Positions 29,119 to 37,159 of a stretch of 64,000 nucleotides of DNA are shown here, one piece after another; position 1 is the stretch's first letter, and each line of letters starts with the position of its first letter. The notes beneath the pieces were generated by a model, which saw only the letters and a program-made list of their open reading frames with translations, was not told the DNA's origin and searched no databases. Source of the stretch: Candidatus Poseidoniia archaeon (GTDB lineage: Archaea; Thermoplasmatota; Poseidoniia; MGIII; CG-Epi1); NCBI GenBank assembly GCA_030754655.1, contig JASLZX010000002.1:29633-93632 (forward strand), given 5' to 3'. The translations under genes were made by a program, and so were the position numbers.

Positions 29119-29330
29119 CTACCTGCCGGGACGGCAAGCGTATGGGGTTAAAAGTATACTCCCTAGTTTTATATATTAGTCGACCAGAAAGAGTTCGAGT
29201 GTATCGTGCCGCTAATCGGCCGCCGCTTCACCGTCGCGTGGCCGGCGGCGACCGCCACTGTCGCAGGGCTGGTCGACCCGCGTCGAGATTGAAGTCACGG
29301 CGCGGCTGCCCGTTGGCACGCGATAGCGGT

Positions 29331-30629
29331 TCAGGCGCGGACGACGCGTGCTTTCACGTCACCCAGCGATGCCATGACGTTGCGCGTATCGACCACCAGC
29401 GGCACGTGTTCGCCGACCAGTGCGTAATCGACGTCGTCGTGGTCGGTGACGACGAGCACCGCGTCGCAGTCGCGCAGCGCCTTGGCGGTGAGCGGAGTGG
29501 ACTTGCAGCCGCGGTATTCGGCGACGAAAGGGTCGTGATAGCTGACGCGAGCGCCCTTGACCTCGAGCAGCTCCAGCAGCCGTCCGGCAGGCGATTCACG
29601 AGTGTCGTCGATGTTGCGCTTGTAAGCCACTCCCAGAAGCATAATGCGGCTGCCGCGAATCGCCTTGCCGTCATCGTTGAGCGTCCGGAGCAGGCGGTGT
29701 CCGACGTGCTCGGTCATCGCCATGTTCAGCTCGCCGGCGAGTTCGATGAAGCGCGCGGTGGTGTTGAACTCCTTGGCGCGCCACGCTAGATAGAACGGGT
29801 CGACCGGGATGCAGTGGCCACCCATGCCGGGGCCGGGGTAGAAGGGCATGAAGCCGAAGGGCTTGGTCGCGGCGGCGTCGACCACTTCCCAGATGTTGAC
29901 ATCCATGCGGTCAAGCACCAGTTTGAGTTCGTTGACCATGGTGATGTTCACGGCGCGGAAGATGTTCTCCATCAGCTTGGTCGCCTCCGCCGTTTCCGGG
30001 CTGGAGACGGGGATGGTGCGCGACACTACCGATTCGTAGAGCGCAACAGCTACATCGCGGCACGCGTCGGTGTGGCCGCCAACGACCTTGGGGATGTCCC
30101 CAATCCCGTAATTCGCGTTGCCGGGGTCCTCGCGCTCGGGCGAGTACACCAGAAAGAAGTCCTCGCCGGCGCGGAGCCCGCTCGCCTCGAGCCGCGGCAG
30201 CAGCAGCTCGCGCGTCGTGCCGGGCCAGGTCGTCGATTCCAGCGCGACTAGCTGCCCTTTGCGTAGCGTTGCCGCAATCGCATCCGCGGCCGCCTCGACG
30301 TAGCTCATGTCGGGCTGGTGATGCTGGTCGAGCGGGGTCGGGACGCAGATGAGCACGGCGTCCGCCTCGCCCAGTCGCGCGAAGTCGGCGGTCGCCTCTC
30401 CGCCCTGCGCCAGTTCGTGCATCGCCTTGCGGGGAATGTGCTGCATTACCTGCTCGCCGTCGTTGACCTGCGCTACGCGCTGCGAATCGGTATCGAAGCC
30501 GAGCACGGGGAAGCCGGCGCGCGCGAAGCCGATTGAGAGCGGCAGTCCGACGTAGCCCAGTCCGACGACGCCGACGGTGGCCTCGCGGGATTTGATGCGC
30601 TGCTGTAGCTGCTTGGCGGGAGTGGTCAC
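29331..30629 (-). CDS. Nucleotide-sugar dehydrogenase (UDP-glucose/UDP-ManNAc dehydrogenase family)
   Basis: VGVVGLGYVGLP Rossmann motif and catalytic GGHCIPVDP. Confidence 0.85.
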   Translation of the reverse strand: MTTPAKQLQQRIKSREATVGVVGLGYVGLPLSIGFARAGFPVLGFDTDSQRVAQVNDGEQVMQHIPRKAMHELAQGGEATADFARLGEADAVLICVPTPLDQHHQPDMSYVEAAADAIAATLRKGQLVALESTTWPGTTRELLLPRLEASGLRAGEDFFLVYSPEREDPGNANYGIGDIPKVVGGHTDACRDVAVALYESVVSRTIPVSSPETAEATKLMENIFRAVNITMVNELKLVLDRMDVNIWEVVDAAATKPFGFMPFYPGPGMGGHCIPVDPFYLAWRAKEFNTTARFIELAGELNMAMTEHVGHRLLRTLNDDGKAIRGSRIMLLGVAYKRNIDDTRESPAGRLLELLEVKGARVSYHDPFVAEYRGCKSTPLTAKALRDCDAVLVVTDHDDVDYALVGEHVPLVVDTRNVMASLGDVKARVVRA

Positions 30630-30653
30630 GGCGCTCGCCAGCCGACGGGGATT

Positions 30654-31664
30654 TTAAACTTCGACGACCCAGCCGAACTTGTCGGGGGCGTCACCGTGCT
30701 GGATGGCGGTCAGCGCTTCGTAGAGCGCGCGAGTGCGCGGGCCGACTTCGCCGCCGCTGAACTGGTGGTCCTGCCCTTCGTAGTTGATGCAGCCGATGGG
30801 TGAAATGACTGCGGCGGTGCCGGAGCAGAAGAGTTCATCGGCGCCAAGCGCCTCGTCGATGGAGACGTCTCGCTCCTCGACCTTGAGCCCGAAACGCTCG
30901 GCGGCCAGTTGCAGCACCGAGTCACGCGTCACGCCGGACAGGATAGAGCCGCTCAGGGCGGGCGTCACAAGCGTGTCGCCGAAGATTGCAAAGAAATTGG
31001 CGGCGCCGACCTCCTCGATATAGCGCTCCTTGACGGCGTCCAAGTAGACTACCTCGGCGTAGCCCTTGCGCTTGGCGTGGCTGCTCGGCATCATCCCGGG
31101 AGCGTAGTTGCCGATGGCCTTGACGCCGCCGGTCCCCTTCGGGGCGGCGCGGTGAAAGTCGCGCGTCACCAGCAGCCGGATGGGGCTCAGCCCGCCCTTG
31201 AAGTAGGGGCCGACCGGCGACGCGTAAACCAAGAATGCGAACTCCGGTGCCGGTGCGACTCCCAGAATGGCGCCGCTGCCGAACACCAGCGGGCGGATGT
31301 AGAGCGCACCGTCGTTGTTGGGCGGGATGTAGTCGCTGTTTTTGCTGACGACATCGCGCACCGCGGAGAGAAACAGCTCCTTGGGAACCGGTGGCATTGA
31401 GAGCCGGCGACAGCCGGCGTGCAGCCTCGCCGCGTTCATCGCTGGTCGGAATAGCAGGATGCGCCCGTCGTCGGCGCGGTAAGCCTTGAGCCCTTCGAAG
31501 AGCCCCTGCCCGTAGTTCAGTACGCACGCCGCCGGCGAGATCTCAAGGTTCTGGAACGGCTGTAGCTCGCCCGGCTGCCACTCATCGCCCAGCTCGCAGC
31601 GGGCGATGAACATCGTGCGGGTGGGGGTGAAGGAAAAAGTCAGTTCGCCGAAGTCTATACTCAC
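30654..31664 (-). CDS. ilvE: Branched-chain amino acid aminotransferase
   Basis: LNYGQGLFEGLKAYR...LFRP..NAARL...GGVKAIGNYA. GTG 31664 overlaps the upstream stop (GTGA); the track start at 31739 is upstream of this. Confidence 0.88.
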   Translation of the reverse strand: MSIDFGELTFSFTPTRTMFIARCELGDEWQPGELQPFQNLEISPAACVLNYGQGLFEGLKAYRADDGRILLFRPAMNAARLHAGCRRLSMPPVPKELFLSAVRDVVSKNSDYIPPNNDGALYIRPLVFGSGAILGVAPAPEFAFLVYASPVGPYFKGGLSPIRLLVTRDFHRAAPKGTGGVKAIGNYAPGMMPSSHAKRKGYAEVVYLDAVKERYIEEVGAANFFAIFGDTLVTPALSGSILSGVTRDSVLQLAAERFGLKVEERDVSIDEALGADELFCSGTAAVISPIGCINYEGQDHQFSGGEVGPRTRALYEALTAIQHGDAPDKFGWVVEV

Positions 31665-32968
31665 GTTCTCGCCTCGCTGAACATCGCCAGCCGCTCTTCC
31701 AGCACCGGATACTCTTTTTTGTTGACGAACGACACGCATACTCGTAGCCCGTCCCGGGAAGAGCCGGCTGACTTTAGCGTGATGGTCGAAATCCCGTAGC
31801 GCAACAACTCGAGCAGCAATTCCCCCGACTCGAGCCCGGGATAGTCAAGTGTCAGGTAGAAGCCGTCGCCAATCGCTGCGCCGTTATCGTCAGCATAGAC
31901 CAGCTCGAAGCCGGCCGACAGGAACATCTTCCGCAGGTGGCGGGTGCGTTTGCCATACTCTCGCGTCCGCGCGACGAAGTCCAGCTCGCCGTCGCTGGCC
32001 GCTTCGAGCATCGCCGCCAGTCCGTGCTGCGCGGTGTGCGACGCGCCGGACGTCGTGACGTAGAGCCCGCCGTGCGCGAAGGCGTGTCCGAACTGGGCGG
32101 TGCCGCAGCTTTCCTCGAGCGCGGGGAATTCGCGTTCGCGCAACCCCGGCGAGATGACGGCCAGCGCACAGCGCTGGCCGGGATACGAGAACGCCTTGGA
32201 CGACGAAAGCAGCAGCACCCAGTTCTTCCCATAACGCCCGACGGTAGGGACGAAGGGCGGCTCGCCCGGCTGCGAATAATCCTCGCGGAAGTCCATTCCG
32301 AGATACGCCTGGTCCTCGATGGCGAGCGCGCCGTGCGCGTCGCACAGGCGGGCGATGCCCTCCAGCTCCGCCTGGGTCAGGCAGGCCCAACTGGGGTTGT
32401 TGGGCGACGACCAGAAGACGCCGCCGACATCGCCGCGCTCGAGGCGCGCCTCGAGCGCGGCAAGCAAAGCGTCACCGCGCAGGTCGCCCAGCTCCAGCCC
32501 GTCGTGCGGCAGCCCGAGAAAGCGCGCCTGTAACTGGCTGACTGGGAAGGTGGGGTCGAGAAACAGGATGGTTTCGCGCCCGGGATGCATCCGCGCCGCC
32601 AGCGCCTGCGCGACGAAGCCGCCTTGCATCGAGCCGCAGGTGGCGACGACGCATTCCTTGCCCACGTCAAGGTCAAGGAACGCCTTTAGGAAACGCGCGC
32701 CGGCGCGCTTCAGCCGCGGAATACCGTCGAAGGGTGGATACGCGCCATGCGTTCCCGCCTCGAGCGCCTCGCGCTCCGCGGCGGCCGCCTGCGGAGGTGG
32801 CGGGATATTGGGGACGCCGAACTCCATGCGCACGAACTTGATGCCTGTCTTTGCCTCGAGCAGGCTCGCCAGTCGGTTCACCTCGCGGATGGCGAGCCGC
32901 CCGCTGTCGAAGCCAGTCTGCGCGAGTAGCGCTTCCAGCATCTGACGGGGAATTGGGATGTCGGGCAT
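31661..32968 (-). CDS. PLP-dependent aminotransferase (class I/II-like)
   Basis: 435 aa. FGVPNIPPP...YPPFDGIPRLK...NNPSW...IEDQAYLGMDF...SSSKAFSYPGQR, with a PLP lysine. Confidence 0.78.
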   Translation of the reverse strand: MPDIPIPRQMLEALLAQTGFDSGRLAIREVNRLASLLEAKTGIKFVRMEFGVPNIPPPPQAAAAEREALEAGTHGAYPPFDGIPRLKRAGARFLKAFLDLDVGKECVVATCGSMQGGFVAQALAARMHPGRETILFLDPTFPVSQLQARFLGLPHDGLELGDLRGDALLAALEARLERGDVGGVFWSSPNNPSWACLTQAELEGIARLCDAHGALAIEDQAYLGMDFREDYSQPGEPPFVPTVGRYGKNWVLLLSSSKAFSYPGQRCALAVISPGLREREFPALEESCGTAQFGHAFAHGGLYVTTSGASHTAQHGLAAMLEAASDGELDFVARTREYGKRTRHLRKMFLSAGFELVYADDNGAAIGDGFYLTLDYPGLESGELLLELLRYGISTITLKSAGSSRDGLRVCVSFVNKKEYPVLEERLAMFSEART

Positions 32969-33029
32969 GCCTCACATCGGCAGGTCCGCCTCGGCTAATA
33001 ACCTTGCACCACCGACATACCTAAAAACC

Positions 33030-33049
33030 GCTTCTGAAATTAGATAAGC
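33030..33049 (+). promoter_or_regulatory. Imperfect palindrome just upstream of the ThiR-like gene (candidate operator)
   Basis: GCTTCTGAAATTAGATAAGC has the form GCTT-N12-AAGC with an AATT centre and 12/20 self-complementary positions. It ends 8 nt before ATG 33057. Confidence 0.25.
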
Positions 33050-33056
33050 GATTAAT

Positions 33057-33860
33057 ATGATTCCGACCGAACTGAACGGAAACCTGCTCAAGGAATTGCG
33101 TGGCCGCACCTGCCGACTGCTCGCACGCGAGAAGTGGACACAGGCGCAACTCGGCCGCGCGCTCGGCGTCTCGCAAGTCATGGCGGGCAACTACCTCGCC
33201 GGGATGCCGACGCCGCTGCCCGAGCCGACCGAGAGCGATCTGCAGCAGGCTGCGCGTCGCCTGGCGGGGGCGTTGCGTGACGGCGCGGTGCGCGAGTGGG
33301 CGTTGGCGCTGCTGCTCGACGGCGAGCCGCTGACAATCCGGCTCCCTTCGGGCGGCGCGCGCGAAGCGGTGCTGGCCGACCTGGCACGGGTGCGCAAGCG
33401 GCTTTCGCCGCTGCTGGCGCACCTCTCGCCCGAAGTGCGCTGCAATCTGGCGTGCGCGCTGCCCGAAGCGAAAGCGGCGGACGGCATCGCCGCCTTCTCG
33501 GGCCGATTGACACCGGTCGCTGGCGAAGCGCGTCCGCTCGCGCCGGCCGAGTTCGGCGCGTCGCACCATCTCGCTGAGCTGCTGCTGCTGCTGCGCCAGC
33601 GGATGCCCGCCCGCAAGGCGATAGTCAACCTGCGCTGGGACGCGGTCGTCGAAGACGCGCTGCCGCGCGCCGGCCTGCGACTGGCGCGGCTGGTGCGCAA
33701 GGGCGAGCGCCTCGAGCTGCCGGGGGGCGGACTCGCGCCAGCGCTGGTCGACGAGGGCAGCGTCGGGTGGGAGCCGGCGCTCTACCTGCACGGCGACACG
33801 CTCGACGAAGTGGCGACGCAGGTTGAAGCGCTGGCCGTCGCGGCGGAGCTGGCAACATGA
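33057..33860 (+). CDS. HTH (XRE-type) transcriptional regulator fused to a ThiN-like domain (ThiR-like)
   Basis: HTH WTQAQLGRALGVSQVMAGNYLAG. ThiN-like block CNLACALPEAKAADGIAAFSGRLTPV...EFGASHHLAELLLLLRQRMPARKAIVNLRW. Confidence 0.7.
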   Translation: MIPTELNGNLLKELRGRTCRLLAREKWTQAQLGRALGVSQVMAGNYLAGMPTPLPEPTESDLQQAARRLAGALRDGAVREWALALLLDGEPLTIRLPSGGAREAVLADLARVRKRLSPLLAHLSPEVRCNLACALPEAKAADGIAAFSGRLTPVAGEARPLAPAEFGASHHLAELLLLLRQRMPARKAIVNLRWDAVVEDALPRAGLRLARLVRKGERLELPGGGLAPALVDEGSVGWEPALYLHGDTLDEVATQVEALAVAAELAT

Positions 33861-35299
33861 GCAGCGACTTCGCGCTGCTGCTGATGTTGGCGACGCTCGG
33901 CTTCTTCGGCTGGATAGGGTGGCTGGCGGGCCGCGAGCGGCAAATCGACCGCGACTACTACCTCTCGGCACGTGGAACGCAGCCGTGGCAGGTCATTGGC
34001 CTCTCGCTCTTCGCGTCAGGGATGGGCATCTGGATTCTCTTTTCACCGTCGGAAGTGGGCTACTATTCCGGCTTCTACGACGTTTTCGCATATGCGCTCT
34101 CGGCGGCGACGCCGTTCCTGCTGCTGGCGTATCTCGGCCCGATGGTGCGCGAACGGCTGCCCGACGGCGTCACGCTCGCGGATTATGTTCGCATACGGCT
34201 GGGGCGCTTGATGCAGACCTATGTCGGCATCATCGCCGTGCTCTACATGTTCACATTCCTCGTCGCGGAATTTACTGCCATCGGCAAGGCGATGCACGTC
34301 CTGGCCGGCGTCGAGCCGATTATCCCGATAGTCGCCGTCGCAGCCGTGACAGCAGCCTACACCGCCTACGGAGGACTGCCGGCGTCGCTCGGCACGGACC
34401 GCATCCAGGCCTGGTTTATCATCTGGCTGCTGATAGTGGTGGCGCTGCTGATGCTGGGTGAAGGCCCGCGCGACCTGTGGAACCGCGCTGTGGCCCTGAA
34501 CCCGGAAGATGACTGGAGCATTGGCAGCATCACCTTCACCAGCACGGAGACGCTGAAGAGCGGGCTGGCGCTGCTCATTGCGATTACAGCCGCTGAGATG
34601 TTTTCGCAGGGCAACTGGCAGCGTACATGGGCTTCGCGTGACGACGACGCGCTGCGGCGCGGCGCCTACCTTGCTGCAGGACTCTGTTTCGTGGCGGTGC
34701 TGGTGATGGGATTTCTCGGCACCGTCGTCGCGGGCGATGGCGCCGTCGCAGATCCGTCGGCGGCGTTCTTCTACCTGTTCGATGGTTATCCGGCGCTGCT
34801 GCTGGCATTCTTCGTCGTGATGAGTATAGCGCTGGTCTGCTCCAGCGTTGATACCTTGCAGAACGCGATTATCGCCTCAAGTTCTTCACAGGATTTCTTC
34901 GACAAGCGGCTGACGCTGACGCAGGCGCGATGGGCGACGCTGTTGTTGATTCCCTTCGCCATCAGGGAGGCGCTCGAGATGCAGGCCGAGTCGGTCTTTG
35001 CCATCTTCCTCATTGCCGACTTGCTGGCGACCGCAACCGTGCTGCCGGTGCTGCTCTCGCTCTGGGACCGCGTCGTCCCGCTGGCGGCACTGGCTGGCGC
35101 CGTTGCCGGGCTGCTCTCGGTTGTGGCCTACGGCGCCGCGACCGCCGACGTGGCGACTGGCGTAGGATACCTAACGTCACCGACCAATGAGTGGGGGCTC
35201 GCCAATCTGGGCGTATTCCTCTCGGCGCTGGTTGGTTCGGGCGTTGTCACGGTGGGTGGCTCTCTGGCGCTTGCTTCTAAAGACCGATATATAAAGTGA
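33857..35299 (+). CDS. Sodium:solute symporter family (SSF) transporter
   Basis: 480 aa with about 13 TM segments and the N-terminal SSF pattern DYYLSARGTQPWQVIGLSLFASGMG. The ATG overlaps the regulator's stop (ATGA 33857-33860). Confidence 0.85.
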   Translation: MSSDFALLLMLATLGFFGWIGWLAGRERQIDRDYYLSARGTQPWQVIGLSLFASGMGIWILFSPSEVGYYSGFYDVFAYALSAATPFLLLAYLGPMVRERLPDGVTLADYVRIRLGRLMQTYVGIIAVLYMFTFLVAEFTAIGKAMHVLAGVEPIIPIVAVAAVTAAYTAYGGLPASLGTDRIQAWFIIWLLIVVALLMLGEGPRDLWNRAVALNPEDDWSIGSITFTSTETLKSGLALLIAITAAEMFSQGNWQRTWASRDDDALRRGAYLAAGLCFVAVLVMGFLGTVVAGDGAVADPSAAFFYLFDGYPALLLAFFVVMSIALVCSSVDTLQNAIIASSSSQDFFDKRLTLTQARWATLLLIPFAIREALEMQAESVFAIFLIADLLATATVLPVLLSLWDRVVPLAALAGAVAGLLSVVAYGAATADVATGVGYLTSPTNEWGLANLGVFLSALVGSGVVTVGGSLALASKDRYIK

Positions 35300-35300
35300 T

Positions 35301-35906
35301 TCAGTCGTGAAGTGCGCTGAAGTTGCCCTCTAACAACAGCAGTTTACCTGTGTGGCATTCTACCCGCACGTGCCCCCCTGCAGCCACTTCGTTGTGCATC
35401 CCGCGCGCACCCATCGCCAGTGGCTCTTGCTCCAGATTCCAGCGCGCGCCGCCCACGCTCACGACCGCCTCCGGCAGCGCCATCAGCGAGAAGAGCGTCC
35501 CCGGCTCCGCGGCGAATTCGGCGCCCCCGGCGATGGCGCTGACGCGAAAGCGGTCGTCATGGAACACAACGCCCTCGAACGCCAGTGCCAGTGCCGCCAG
35601 CGTGTGGTCGAGCCTCCCACCGCTCCAGCCGACGACCGTGATTGCGTCGGCGCCCTGCGCTCGGGCCCACGCGACCGCCTTCTCCAGGTCGGAGCGGCCG
35701 GGGTCGTCGTCGCGCACCAGCTGGTCGGCCAGCTGCGTTCGCGCCGTGGCGGAGAGCGAATCCATGTCGCCGACGATTGCATCTGGTTGAATGCCGGCGG
35801 CGAGCAGTCGCTCGCCGCCGCCGTCGGCACCGACGACTAGCGCGTCGCGCGCCAGTTCCGCGATATCGGCGGGCAGCTGCCGGTCGCCCGCGACGAGCGC
35901 CTTCAC
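35301..35906 (-). CDS. Thiamine pyrophosphokinase
   Basis: ALVVGADGGG...PDAIVGDMDS...DLEKAVAWA...VVGWSGGRLDHTLA match the TPK catalytic-domain motifs. The start overlaps the stop of the reductase gene. Confidence 0.75.
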   Translation of the reverse strand: MKALVAGDRQLPADIAELARDALVVGADGGGERLLAAGIQPDAIVGDMDSLSATARTQLADQLVRDDDPGRSDLEKAVAWARAQGADAITVVGWSGGRLDHTLAALALAFEGVVFHDDRFRVSAIAGGAEFAAEPGTLFSLMALPEAVVSVGGARWNLEQEPLAMGARGMHNEVAAGGHVRVECHTGKLLLLEGNFSALHD

Positions 35907-37087
35907 AGCATCGCGCCGACCTTTTCTAGGATTTCGGGGTGGTGCTCTTCTAGTACTTCCAGGATGCCCTGTACCGTCGGCTCGTCAACGCCCACCTTTA
36001 CCATCGTGGCGACGACGGCATCAATCATTTCCGGCTCGACTTCAGTCAGCTTCGTCTTCGCAATGTAGGAGTGGTAGAGCCGGTCCTCCATCTCCTCGCG
36101 CCAGCCCCGGTCATACGCTTGCAGGAACTCGTCGCTGAAGTCGCCCGCCTCCATCGCGGCGACAGCGACGCGCCCTGCTTGCCGGCCCGAAAGGCAGGCG
36201 TTCGCGACGCCGCCGCCGGTGATGGCGTCGATGTGCCGCGCCGCGTCGCCGACCAGCATTACCCCCGCCGCGGCAGTCTGTTCGAGTGGTTCCGAGAGCG
36301 AAACGCCGCCGGCGATGGTGTCGATTACTCTGCCGTTGGCGAAGTCGGGATGCTCGGCGATGAACGAGTCGAGCAGCGCCTTGATTTCGCCCGGCTGCTT
36401 CACCCGCGAGAGCATGCAGCCGATGCCGACATTGGACTCGCTGGCCGTCTTGGGAAAGGACCAGATGTAGGCTCCCTTCGAGCCTTTGGCAAGATAGAAT
36501 TCGCAGTAAGTGTGGTCGATATCCAGATCGACCATCGTGTATTGCAGCGCGCCGCACATGTCGGCCGGCTTGCGGTGCGTCGGCAGCCCCGCCCAGCGCC
36601 CCACCTGTGACTCGAAGCCGTCGGCGCCAATCACGACCCCGCAAGGCAATTCCTCGCTGGAGCCGTCGGAATTGCGCAGCCGCACGCCCGTTACGGCGTC
36701 GCCGTCGCGTAGCAGCCCGGTGACGCTCACGCCGGTGCGCACCTCGGCGCCAGCGTTGGCCGCCAGTTGCGCGAGATGCTGGTCGAGCCCGGTGCGCGAG
36801 ATGACTGCGCCGACCTCGGTGCCGAGATTATCGTCGTCGATGGTAAGGCAAGTGCCGTTCGGCGAGTAGATACGCGCGCCGCGGACGCGGTTGACGACCC
36901 AGTCGCCCTCGACCACGACGCCAATCATCTCGAGCCAGCGCGGGGCGATGCCCTCGCCACACCGCACGGGGACTCCGATTTCGGCTCGCTTCTCAAGCAG
37001 CAGCGTTCGCGCGCCTCCCTCGGCGGCGAACCGCGCGGCGGTCGACCCGCCCGGCCCCGCACCCACTACGATTACGTCCCAGTCCAT
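35903..37087 (-). CDS. Geranylgeranyl reductase family flavoprotein (digeranylgeranylglycerophospholipid reductase-like)
   Basis: DVIVVGAGPGGSTAARFAAEGG...LLLEKR..IGVPVRCGEGI...MLVGDAA. Confidence 0.9.
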   Translation of the reverse strand: MDWDVIVVGAGPGGSTAARFAAEGGARTLLLEKRAEIGVPVRCGEGIAPRWLEMIGVVVEGDWVVNRVRGARIYSPNGTCLTIDDDNLGTEVGAVISRTGLDQHLAQLAANAGAEVRTGVSVTGLLRDGDAVTGVRLRNSDGSSEELPCGVVIGADGFESQVGRWAGLPTHRKPADMCGALQYTMVDLDIDHTYCEFYLAKGSKGAYIWSFPKTASESNVGIGCMLSRVKQPGEIKALLDSFIAEHPDFANGRVIDTIAGGVSLSEPLEQTAAAGVMLVGDAARHIDAITGGGVANACLSGRQAGRVAVAAMEAGDFSDEFLQAYDRGWREEMEDRLYHSYIAKTKLTEVEPEMIDAVVATMVKVGVDEPTVQGILEVLEEHHPEILEKVGAML

Positions 37088-37107
37088 CGGACGCGCCAGC
37101 TTCCGCC

Positions 37108-37142
37108 CATATTAAAGCGGTGGGGAGCCACTATTATTATTC
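37108..37142. promoter_or_regulatory. Divergent promoter region (reductase / S8 protease)
   Basis: catattaaag (37108-37117) is about 26 nt from ATG 37087 on the minus strand. ctattattattc (37131-37142) is about 24 nt from ATG 37160 on the plus strand. Confidence 0.5.
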
Positions 37143-37159
37143 TACGACTCTACCGGCCC

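Noticed and set aside
29181-29330. A 150-nt GC-rich non-coding stretch between the nucleotide-sugar dehydrogenase stop and the gyrB promoter. It contains a GCCGCCG...CGGCGGC inverted repeat and could be an ncRNA or riboswitch.
   Set aside because: I found only a short 7-bp stem, with no conserved riboswitch or ncRNA motifs that I recognise and no promoter-like box. The evidence is too weak to call a feature. It could be tested with Rfam or RNA-seq.
33021-33971. A 316-aa minus-strand ORF opposite the ThiR-like gene.
   Set aside because: It is an antisense, Arg-rich frame with no motifs. The plus-strand frame has HTH and ThiN-like blocks and an ATGA coupling to the transporter.
36767-37159. 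The 5' extension of the S8 protease track ORF (741 aa).
   Set aside because: The extension is antisense to the geranylgeranyl reductase gene. The signal peptide and the TATA spacing both point to ATG 37160.
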